Of a stretch of DNA of 64,000 nucleotides, positions 46,653-54,842 are shown piece after piece. Both the position numbers and the translations under genes were made by a program. Positions within the stretch are counted from its first letter, which is position 1. Each line of letters begins with the position of its first letter. The notes beneath the pieces are model-generated. The model did not search any database and was not told where the DNA came from. It saw only the letters and a list, made by a program, of their open reading frames with translations. The stretch lies in IMG/VR virus record IMGVR_UViG_3300042868_005134, positions 124,001 through 188,000 of that record; one strand, given 5' to 3'.

Positions 46653-49502
46653 TTAACTATACATGTTCTTTGGATTTTTCTCGAGCGCCGTGATTTGTTT
46701 TCTTCCCAAATCATCGCTCTGTGAAAGTAGCTTGTTCATAGTTATATTTAACATATCTAAACCCTTTACTACGTCTTCTAGAGCAGCGGTCTTGCCGCCT
46801 CGCTGTGCTGGTTTATCGTCAGCTTGAGATTTGGCAGCTGGTGCCTTGGCAGCTTGTTCTTTCGCGTCTGCTTGGGCTTTGGCTTCTTCTGCAGGTTTAT
46901 TTACTGCAGCAGGCACACTGGCAGCATTGGCTTTCATTTGGGCTCCAAAGCCGGGCAAATTAATGGCATTCAAATCTATAGCAGGAGTGGCTGCTATGGG
47001 TGCTGAGTACTTGCCGGCACCCATAGAGGCTTCTGGTTCTTCTGCGCCAATAGCAGCCATGTTTAATAATGAAGTATCTTTTTGATACTTTTCTCTAGCT
47101 GCTTTTTCTGCTTCGGCACCTTGTTCGATACCAATTAATTTTAACGCTTCTTCTTTTTCTATTTCAGATAATCTGGCTTCTTGTCCTTGTAAAGTTACTG
47201 CTAGTTGTTCTGTAACAAGTTTTTTAGTCTCTTCAACTGATTCTTGTTTTTTACTGGTTTCCCATGTGATACCGTCAGCAATTTTCTTTTGTAGCTCTTC
47301 CTGTTTTTTTGAAAATTCTTCTTTTATCTTTATTGCTTCGTCGTCTGCCTTCATAACAGCTTGGACTTTGGAAAATTTTCTATCTTCAACAGCCATTCCT
47401 TCAATCAGAATGTTTTTTCTTGCGGCCATGTCTTCATTAAACTTTGATTTTAATTCTGACATTTCTTTTTCAGCACTCTTACTGTCATCACTTTGAACAC
47501 GTTTAGTAGTTGACTCGCCGCCAGTCATGGAACTGATTGATGTGCTAATAGTCTTAGACATTTCTGTCATATTGATATTAGGTTCTGTCTTAGCAGGCAT
47601 ACTGATAGCTTTGGCAATGCCAGCCATATCAACGGCAGGTGCTTTGGCTGGCATACTAATAGCTTTGGATATACTGCTCAAGTCAAATCCGTCCATGCCA
47701 CCTGTAGGATTTCCCCTTGGCGGAGCCATACCTTTCATTGATTCGTATGCTGCTTTAAATTTGTCTTCTTTAGTGTCCAAGTCTGGAGGAGGAAGTTTTC
47801 CAAGTATATTCTTAACACCACTCATGCCAGCAGCAGCAATAGTGTCCTTCATCTGTCCTTGGTTTAATACAAACTCAGGACCTTCTTCTGCTAAAGTTGA
47901 CAGTGTTGGTTGGCTAACATATCCGCCATCTGCATGTCGTGTTAAACCTGTAACCTTACCAGTAATATTTAGAGTGTCGGCTCCAATGTTTGATAAATTA
48001 CTCAGAGCTTTTGTAATTTCACCAACTACACCGCCACTTTCGTTTTCTTTTCTTGCTTCTGCTTCGTATTTGCCTTCGCCTGGCTTGGGCACAAACGGTT
48101 GTGGGTTTTGACCTTTCCTGGCGGCATCTTCCATATTGACTGCGGCATTCTTACCCGGACCTGCTAGATTGTTAGCAGTTTGTTCTCCAATTTCACCTAT
48201 ACGACGGGCGCCACCGGCAATGCTTTCGCCGGTCGCTTTATTCTTAACTTCCGATGCGGCAGCAACACCTGCTCCAAGATTTTGTCCAGCTATTTGTGTT
48301 GCTATAACTCCTTGAGTTGCTCCGCTAACACGTTCTCCGCCAGGTTTTAATCGACCTTCTTGACTTGCTATAATATCAGTTCTAATTTTGCTAAGGGCAG
48401 TAGCATAATCAGTTTGACTTTTTAATAAGTTTGTATTTCCTTTTACTACACTCATTACACTATCGTGTAATGCCATGTTGTCTTCTGTACTCTTCTTTAA
48501 AATTGTACCTACGCTGCCTGCAGCATCTCCCATGGCGGCCATTCGTAAAAGTGTTGGATCTCTTTGATTACGAGCGTTGGCTGCTTCTGCTTCCTTGTTG
48601 GCTGCTTCTGCTGCAACAATGTTACCTTTGGCCAAGTGGCCCATTTGCTCGCCAGTTTTCTGTGCGGCCTCGCCTAGTAATGCGTATTGAGTGGCAGCTT
48701 CTTCGCTAGTAACTGTTCCAGTGGCAAACATTTCTTTTGCCATTTGTCCCATACCGCGAGCTTCTGCTTGAGCAAATTGTTTTTGGAATCCTTCTCTTGC
48801 TGCCGCTTCTGCGGCGGCACCTTGTTCAATTCCAATTAATCTTAACTTTGCTTCAATTTGTCCGTCGGTGCTGCGTTTCTTAGCAGCTTCCATTTGTTCT
48901 TCTTTACTTTTGCCTGTGAGTTTGGCAATGGCATCCATCTCTTTAGCTAATGAAGCTGCAGCTTCTCTTGATTTTACACCTGCGGCACCTTCAATACCCA
49001 TAGTGTAACGTTGTGTACTGGCTTGTAACGCAAGAACTTCGTTAAGTTCTTTAGCATTGTATCCCATCTGCTGTAGTTCGTCGCCAGCGTTACTATCAAA
49101 GAAACTCTTGCTTAATTTGCCAAATGCTTCAGCACCGCGAGTGACACTGCCACCAAGGCCGGCCATTTGTTTTCCGTTATTAGCAATAACGTTAGCGAAA
49201 TCATTTAGGCTCAATCTACTGCCAGCGGCAGCAACATTCATGCCAATTAGGTCATTGCTAAAATTAGCGCCATGTTTGCTAAGTCCTTGGAACGTATCAG
49301 CACTTGACTTAGCAGCATGTAGGAAAGACTCTGCGCCATCTTTCAAGCCTTCTTTAACTTTACTTGTGTCAAACCCTTGATTGCCACCACCGCTTGGTGG
49401 CGCACCTCCGCCACCTACAGTTACAGGGCCGCGGCCACTAGATTTCAAAGCGTTTTCAAACGCTTGTTGCATCATTAACTGATCATTTCTATCTAAAGCC
49501 AT
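46653..49502 (-). CDS. Tape measure-like protein
   Basis: 949 aa, A/E/K-rich helical sequence with the 'ADGGYV..PT...LAEEGPEFVL' motif typical of tape measure proteins; adjacent to the gp26-like chaperone. Confidence 0.7.
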   Translation of the reverse strand: MALDRNDQLMMQQAFENALKSSGRGPVTVGGGGAPPSGGGNQGFDTSKVKEGLKDGAESFLHAAKSSADTFQGLSKHGANFSNDLIGMNVAAAGSRLSLNDFANVIANNGKQMAGLGGSVTRGAEAFGKLSKSFFDSNAGDELQQMGYNAKELNEVLALQASTQRYTMGIEGAAGVKSREAAASLAKEMDAIAKLTGKSKEEQMEAAKKRSTDGQIEAKLRLIGIEQGAAAEAAAREGFQKQFAQAEARGMGQMAKEMFATGTVTSEEAATQYALLGEAAQKTGEQMGHLAKGNIVAAEAANKEAEAANARNQRDPTLLRMAAMGDAAGSVGTILKKSTEDNMALHDSVMSVVKGNTNLLKSQTDYATALSKIRTDIIASQEGRLKPGGERVSGATQGVIATQIAGQNLGAGVAAASEVKNKATGESIAGGARRIGEIGEQTANNLAGPGKNAAVNMEDAARKGQNPQPFVPKPGEGKYEAEARKENESGGVVGEITKALSNLSNIGADTLNITGKVTGLTRHADGGYVSQPTLSTLAEEGPEFVLNQGQMKDTIAAAGMSGVKNILGKLPPPDLDTKEDKFKAAYESMKGMAPPRGNPTGGMDGFDLSSISKAISMPAKAPAVDMAGIAKAISMPAKTEPNINMTEMSKTISTSISSMTGGESTTKRVQSDDSKSAEKEMSELKSKFNEDMAARKNILIEGMAVEDRKFSKVQAVMKADDEAIKIKEEFSKKQEELQKKIADGITWETSKKQESVEETKKLVTEQLAVTLQGQEARLSEIEKEEALKLIGIEQGAEAEKAAREKYQKDTSLLNMAAIGAEEPEASMGAGKYSAPIAATPAIDLNAINLPGFGAQMKANAASVPAAVNKPAEEAKAQADAKEQAAKAPAAKSQADDKPAQRGGKTAALEDVVKGLDMLNITMNKLLSQSDDLGRKQITALEKNPKNMYS

Positions 49503-49528
49503 ATTAAAATTTCCAAAAAACTACGCAC

Positions 49529-49553
49529 ATAAATAATCGTATAATATATTTAT
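49529..49553. promoter_or_regulatory. Overlapping divergent late promoters (plus 49529-49535, minus 49553-49547)
   Basis: ATAAATA on each strand in the 66-bp gap between the tape measure and gp26-like genes. Confidence 0.65.
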
Positions 49554-49568
49554 CGGGATAAAAAAGCT

Positions 49569-50384
49569 ATGAATCCATTACAAAAATACTTTAGACAACC
49601 CAAGTTGTTTATCAGTTTGCCCAGCAAAGGGCTGTACTACGAGGAAGGTACTCTACAAGGAGATGTTAGTAAAGTGCCAATTTTTGCCATGACTGGCATG
49701 GATGAACTCATAATGAAAACACCTGACAGCTTGTTTAACGGTGAAGCCACAGTAAAATTAATAGAAAGTTGTTGTCCATATATTACAGACGCACATAAAG
49801 TGCCCAGTATTGATCTAGATGTATTATTAGTTTCCATTAGAATGGCAACATACGGTAAAGAAATGAGTATTGGACATACCTGTACTAACTGTGGTACTGA
49901 AAACGACTTTGCCATTGATTTAACTAGTGTCATGGATCACTATGCTGATAAGAATTTTGACAATAGACTAGTAGTTGACGAAGAAATTACCATTAACTTT
50001 AAGCCGTTAAGCTACGAAGAAATGACAATAGTAAACTTGGAAAATTTTAAATTACAAAAAATGCTTGGTCAGATTGCTGATATAGATATCGACCGTAGGC
50101 AACAAGTCATGGATGATATCTATGCTAAACTAGCTGAAATACAAGTACATGTATTTTTAACTGCCATTGAGTCAGTTCAAATTCCCAATGTATTAGTAAC
50201 TGAGAAAGATCATATTCGAGAGTGGTTGTCTAACACTAACCGAGAACATTATACTCTTATCAAGAGTAAACTTGAAAAGAATAAAGAACTTTGGGAGATG
50301 CCAAAACAAAAAGTCATTTGCGGCAATTGTGGCACTGAAAACGCTATTGAAGTTGTAATGGACCAATCAAGTTTTTTCGTATAA
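49569..50384 (+). CDS. Baseplate hub assembly / tail assembly chaperone (gp26-like)
   Basis: 'MNPLQKYFRQPK.FI.LPS.G.YY', 'AMTGMDE...KTPD.L.NGEA', two CxxC motifs, ends 'SSFFV*'. Confidence 0.8.
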   Translation: MNPLQKYFRQPKLFISLPSKGLYYEEGTLQGDVSKVPIFAMTGMDELIMKTPDSLFNGEATVKLIESCCPYITDAHKVPSIDLDVLLVSIRMATYGKEMSIGHTCTNCGTENDFAIDLTSVMDHYADKNFDNRLVVDEEITINFKPLSYEEMTIVNLENFKLQKMLGQIADIDIDRRQQVMDDIYAKLAEIQVHVFLTAIESVQIPNVLVTEKDHIREWLSNTNREHYTLIKSKLEKNKELWEMPKQKVICGNCGTENAIEVVMDQSSFFV

Positions 50385-50611
50385 AACTGTTACCCTTGTC
50401 TAGATCTGACATCGAAGAGTTGGTTAACAGTTTAGAATTAGATACAAAACAAATAAAAGATGAAATCTTTCGCATAAGTTGGTACATGCGAGGCGGAGTA
50501 AGCAGTCAGGATCTAATGCACGTTTACGGCTACGAGGATAGGCAGATCATGAATGAGATTATAAAAGAAAATATTGAAATTACCAAAAATAGCCGTATGG
50601 CTATTATTTAA
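50372..50611 (+). CDS. Downstream ORF lacking a canonical start; predicted -1 frameshift extension of the gp26-like protein
   Basis: The -1 frame is open from 50351 to the stop at 50611, with no ATG or SD near its start; slippery heptamer T TTT TTC at 50372-50378. Confidence 0.65.
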   Translation, partial: FFRIKLLPLSRSDIEELVNSLELDTKQIKDEIFRISWYMRGGVSSQDLMHVYGYEDRQIMNEIIKENIEITKNSRMAII

Positions 50612-51926
50612 TTTCGTCGTAACCATAGACGCCGTATTTTTTCTTAGGGTCGTCCTGTATTTTTAAAGTAGGATCAGGAATGCCGGCAACACCAACCCTA
50701 GCTTTTATGTCATTAAGTTTGTCGTTGCCTACTAGACGATATCCATTTTCATCACTAATTTGTTGATTATTAATGTAAAGTTTCTTGCCAACCCATTGAA
50801 TATTCATACCATTTGTAGCTTGTCTTGCGCCATCGGCAGCATCACCAGTTGGTGGTTTTACTGCGGTCTTACCAGGTAGTGGACCATCTAGTAGTCCAGC
50901 TTCCTGTAATCCTTTTTCTAGTAAATCAATAGCGGCTGCTGTCAATGCCCCTGTTGGTTCAGTAATTGCTCTTACCAAAGAACTATTTAAAAATTCTTTA
51001 CCAGCACTGGTACGCATGAATATCAAGAAAGCTGGGGCCGCAGGCCCCATTTCAATTAATTTAGAAATACCTTTTGCCACGTTAGTAGGCAAGCTAACAA
51101 ACATACCTAAATATTTTGTTGTTGTAATGCTGGCGCCGCCCAGTGTAGCTGCACCTGTGGCAATACCTTTAAACATGCCTGACATTGCGCCAAAGAATTT
51201 GCTGGCCACTCCAGTATTTAAGGCAACACCAATGGCCAATTCTCCTAACAGTTTCTTTCTTAACTGTTGATACTTGTTATAGGCTTCTTGCTCTGACATT
51301 TTTCCAAAAGGAGAATCTTTGCCAGCTTTATAATCTTGGTAGTCTTCCTCTAACACGGACAAATCCACGTAGTATTCTCTTACAAATTCTAAACCCACAA
51401 CAGTTTTTATCACAGTCATGGCTACATCGGGTATAAATCCCATCCTTGCCTGGGCTGCTGCCTTCATGGAAGCATTGGCACCACGCATTTTTAAGTAGGC
51501 TTTAATTTTTTCAAACCCTACTTTACTGTCAGGGTCAAATTTTCTCAAGTTTATTTTTTCTGTTTTAGCTACTGTTTTTTCTAATTGGGCAAGACGCTCA
51601 GTAACTTTCTTTTTTAACCACTTGCCGCCTTTACTTTGCCATGACTTAGGAATAAGTTTAAGTATTCCTGCTTTACCCAGCTTGGCAAAGCCAGGTGTAA
51701 ACAATAGTACAGCATCTATGAATAGATCATTCCATTCGTCGTCAGTAATTGATTCAGGATCTTGGTTGTATTTGCCAATGAATTTGTATATTTCGTAGGC
51801 ACTCCAAGCACTCATGCCTACAGAGATTGCGGTAATTATTGTACCTATTCCAATACCTGCTATTACAAGAGGTACGGCTTCATTCAATGATTCAGTTCTT
51901 TCAGAGACTATTTGATGGACTTTCAT
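50604..51926 (-). CDS. Hypothetical protein with MKVHQIVSE...LNE leader and hydrophobic segments (putative internal head / ejection protein)
   Basis: 440 aa; late promoter 6 nt upstream; TM-like stretch AVPLVIAGIGIGTIITAISVGMSAW. Confidence 0.6.
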   Translation of the reverse strand: MKVHQIVSERTESLNEAVPLVIAGIGIGTIITAISVGMSAWSAYEIYKFIGKYNQDPESITDDEWNDLFIDAVLLFTPGFAKLGKAGILKLIPKSWQSKGGKWLKKKVTERLAQLEKTVAKTEKINLRKFDPDSKVGFEKIKAYLKMRGANASMKAAAQARMGFIPDVAMTVIKTVVGLEFVREYYVDLSVLEEDYQDYKAGKDSPFGKMSEQEAYNKYQQLRKKLLGELAIGVALNTGVASKFFGAMSGMFKGIATGAATLGGASITTTKYLGMFVSLPTNVAKGISKLIEMGPAAPAFLIFMRTSAGKEFLNSSLVRAITEPTGALTAAAIDLLEKGLQEAGLLDGPLPGKTAVKPPTGDAADGARQATNGMNIQWVGKKLYINNQQISDENGYRLVGNDKLNDIKARVGVAGIPDPTLKIQDDPKKKYGVYGYDEIK

Positions 51927-51932
51927 AATATA

Positions 51933-51939
51933 TATTTAT
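51933..51939 (-). promoter_or_regulatory. Late promoter (ATAAATA)
   Basis: 6 nt before the ATG at 51926; no SD. Confidence 0.7.
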
Positions 51940-52020
51940 TTAAAGTTGAACTACGTTCAACTGTTCTTCGCTCACGCTCGAACTATTTTCTTTATTATTA
52001 ATGCGAAGCATTTAAGTATT

Positions 52021-52373
52021 ATCTAGATTGTTCAGTCACACTTTGCCCTTGCGGGCAAAGAAAATTGAACATTATCTGAGTTGCACAATCCACTTAGCGT
52101 TACAGCAGTTACAGAGGCGGTCATCCGGTACCTCGAGCTGTGTCTTTATTATGACGGCGGTCCACTAACATACGCTAACATGCTAGCAAACGTGGGTATT
52201 TCTCCCTCTTTTTGCCTTTGAAATCCTTGAAACAATCAAACCGCGGCAGCTTTGCGATCCTGGTCCTGTAAAGGATACTGATTGAGTGCTCTTAACGGCA
52301 AGAGTCTACGGATCCCTGCGACACTGGGTCCAGGTTTCTTCTGTTCGCCACCCGAGATTAGCCGGTGGAAGCC
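52021..52373 (-). ncRNA. Large structured non-coding RNA candidate (family unassigned)
   Basis: ORF-free region, visibly more GC-rich than other intergenic gaps, with about 10 identifiable helices, G-U pairs on the minus strand, a GCAA tetraloop and long-range pairings. May extend to about 51945. Confidence 0.7.
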
Positions 52374-52811
52374 TTAACCGTTTAGTTGTTTGCCTTTGAT
52401 GTGTGAGCCGTGTACACGAACAGCGATTTGTCCGTTGTAGTAGTCATCTGATTCTAATACCCGCCTGGAGAATTGTTCTCTTGCCTCGATATAACTACAT
52501 TCAGCCTTTGATGTGCAGTAATAAATTATTTCTCTATGGAAATTTTCTCTGCCTTGTTGTTCTACGTCTTTGTTTAGTTGGTCGTTTGAGCCATAGTATT
52601 CACGCCAGTCAGAATCAATTTTGGATTTAATCCGCTTTTTCTTCTTGGTGCCGTTCTTGAGTTTTACTGTTTTATAAGTTGTTTTAGAAAATTTTGATAA
52701 TTTCTTGCCTATATATTTTCGACCAGTGATGTTATTAGTGATACAATAGACAAATCCAATACATACTTCAGGTAAGGTTTCGACTATTGTGTTTTGATAA
52801 TACCATGACAT
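52374..52811 (-). CDS. Stand-alone GIY-YIG endonuclease
   Basis: 'GFVYCITNNITGRKYIGKK', 'WREYYGS', 'FHREII', 'SYIEAREQF', 'YYNG'; ATG at 52811; single catalytic domain with no obvious C-terminal DNA-binding repeats. Confidence 0.85.
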   Translation of the reverse strand: MSWYYQNTIVETLPEVCIGFVYCITNNITGRKYIGKKLSKFSKTTYKTVKLKNGTKKKKRIKSKIDSDWREYYGSNDQLNKDVEQQGRENFHREIIYYCTSKAECSYIEAREQFSRRVLESDDYYNGQIAVRVHGSHIKGKQLNG

Positions 52812-52818
52812 CAACTAG

Positions 52819-53061
52819 TTAGTTCTTATTGGCCTCTTGATCTTTTAAAAGTGATTCTTTGTACTTGGGACTTTTAACTTTTGGTTTAGTTGCCCTAATT
52901 GCCTGTATTTCTTCGCGCCTAGTGATTGTTAAGTCTCTTATTTCAGCCAAGAGCCGTCGTAGCTCGATACCAGCCACATGAGTTTGTCTAGCTTGCCATC
53001 TCTGGTGTAGCTTGTAGTACTCATGTACTTTTCTCATTAGACTGGTATGTGCGTCTTCCAT
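52819..53061 (-). CDS. Small helical hypothetical protein
   Basis: ATG at 53061 overlaps the TGA of gp46 (TGATG). Confidence 0.65.
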   Translation of the reverse strand: MEDAHTSLMRKVHEYYKLHQRWQARQTHVAGIELRRLLAEIRDLTITRREEIQAIRATKPKVKSPKYKESLLKDQEANKN

Positions 53062-54842
53062 CAATTTTCAATTTCTAAGTCATTAGCATAGCTAGTGAAT
53101 CCATTTTCTTTAATCACTTTGAGTACATTGTTCACTCGTCCGATTAATTCGTCCTTGTGACTGATCAAATAAATGTTTTTCTTACGTTCCCTAGCCATCT
53201 TCTTTAAGACACTTAAGGCATTTTCTACGCCTGCGGCATCTAGTCCGTTGTCAATAAGTTCATCAATGAATAACAAGTTGATACTTTGATACAAACTTTC
53301 CCACACATCTCTAAAACTCCAGCTTAATCCTAAAATTAACCTATTGCGTTCTCCACGTGACAAATTGTCAAAGTCTAGATCCTGCCCAAGTTGTGTAATT
53401 TCCACAGTTAAATCATTTTGAAATACCACTGTGTGGGGTAATCCCATTTTATCCAAATAGTAGGTAAGCCTATTATTAAGGTAGGCAAGATTTTGATCTA
53501 TGATCTTTTTACGGATAAAACTATCTTTGCTGGTCAGCAACTTGAGCAAAAACTCTTGATGGCCCTTAAGTACATTGAGATTGTTTATGCTATCCCATGT
53601 GATTTCTTGAAGCGCAGTATTACGCAAATCATCTATTTGTTCTTGATAAGGATCTGTTTCTTGCTGTCTAGCACCCAACGCAGTTTCTAAACTGGTTAAA
53701 TTGTTTTGATGTTTAAGAGCTTCTTCTAGTGTATCGTAATAAGTTGTTGGCCTACCGTTGATATCGCCGATACCTTCAAGCTCAGTCACAATAATAGCAT
53801 AGCTATCACTGAGGCTTTGAAGATATGTGTAAGCATCTGCTAGATTCTTTTCAGCAAGCACGGACATTTCTTCATGCTTGTGGGTGTGTAGCTCTTGCTC
53901 ACAAGCTGGACAAGTGTTATTTTTTAGTTGCTCTATTTCTTTTGTGTATTTGGTTACACTTTTATCAGCTTGAATTAACGCAGTTTCAATTGTGGCCTTT
54001 TCTTTGTTAAGGCTTTTTATTTTAGCTGCTTGCTCATTGTATGTTTTTAACTTAGCGTGAGCTGTGAGTTCTCGTTCGATGTCTACTGCTTGTAGTTCTT
54101 CTATGGACTTGGTAATTCTATCGCAATCTGTTCGTTGCTGAGCATACCAAGCACTCAGTCTTGTCTCCAAACCAGTAATACTCAATTGAATTTTTTCATT
54201 AGACTTCTTTACAGCTTCGATATCTGCGTTCTCTTGATAAATTTGATCTTTAGTTACTCTCACTTGCTCTTTAAGAGCCTCTGCCTTTTCACTTAGTAAG
54301 GTAATGCCTAACAGTTGTTCAATGATAGCACGTTGTTCGTTGGCTTTCATGCTTAAGAACGGTTCGGTATAGGTATTCAAAGCCAAGATATGCTTAAACA
54401 TATCGTGACTCATACCCATTAAGTCATCAAGGTCCTTTTGCGTTTCCCGCATGTCACCTTGACTGTCATCAGCAGAGTCAACAGAGTGTTCTTGATCGTT
54501 CACATAGAACTTCATGATAGCAGGTTTGCGACCCCGTTCAATCTTGTACTTGTTACCGTCTTTTTCAAAACTCAGTGTAACCAACATGTTTTTGCCATTG
54601 ATCTTGTTGATCAAGTTATCTTTCTTGATATTGGTCAATGCTGTGCCGTATAACGCATAGGTTAAGGCATTGATAATGGTAGTCTTACCGGTACCGTTAC
54701 GGCTTCCACTGTCATCTCCACCTTGATCTAGGTTTTCACCTAGTACAAGGGTAAGTTGTTCTTTACAGAAGTCTACCGCTTGGGTTTGATTACCCACACT
54801 CATGAAATTTTTAACAGTTAGTTCTTTAATTTTAATTGTCAT
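53061..54842 (-). CDS. gp46: Recombination endonuclease ATPase subunit (gp46 / Rad50-SbcC-like)
   Basis: Walker A GTGKTT, coiled coil with CPAC hook, signature LSRGE, Walker B LLFIDE, H-loop ISHK. Confidence 0.95.
   Translation of the reverse strand: MTIKIKELTVKNFMSVGNQTQAVDFCKEQLTLVLGENLDQGGDDSGSRNGTGKTTIINALTYALYGTALTNIKKDNLINKINGKNMLVTLSFEKDGNKYKIERGRKPAIMKFYVNDQEHSVDSADDSQGDMRETQKDLDDLMGMSHDMFKHILALNTYTEPFLSMKANEQRAIIEQLLGITLLSEKAEALKEQVRVTKDQIYQENADIEAVKKSNEKIQLSITGLETRLSAWYAQQRTDCDRITKSIEELQAVDIERELTAHAKLKTYNEQAAKIKSLNKEKATIETALIQADKSVTKYTKEIEQLKNNTCPACEQELHTHKHEEMSVLAEKNLADAYTYLQSLSDSYAIIVTELEGIGDINGRPTTYYDTLEEALKHQNNLTSLETALGARQQETDPYQEQIDDLRNTALQEITWDSINNLNVLKGHQEFLLKLLTSKDSFIRKKIIDQNLAYLNNRLTYYLDKMGLPHTVVFQNDLTVEITQLGQDLDFDNLSRGERNRLILGLSWSFRDVWESLYQSINLLFIDELIDNGLDAAGVENALSVLKKMARERKKNIYLISHKDELIGRVNNVLKVIKENGFTSYANDLEIEN

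Noticed and set aside
51945-52811. Group I intron carrying a GIY-YIG homing endonuclease
   Set aside because: No interrupted host gene: the upstream ORF ends in its own stop and the downstream gene has its own promoter and ATG. I could not place canonical P7 (GACUA/UAGUC-type) or P3 elements. A covariance-model search is still needed to exclude a divergent remnant.
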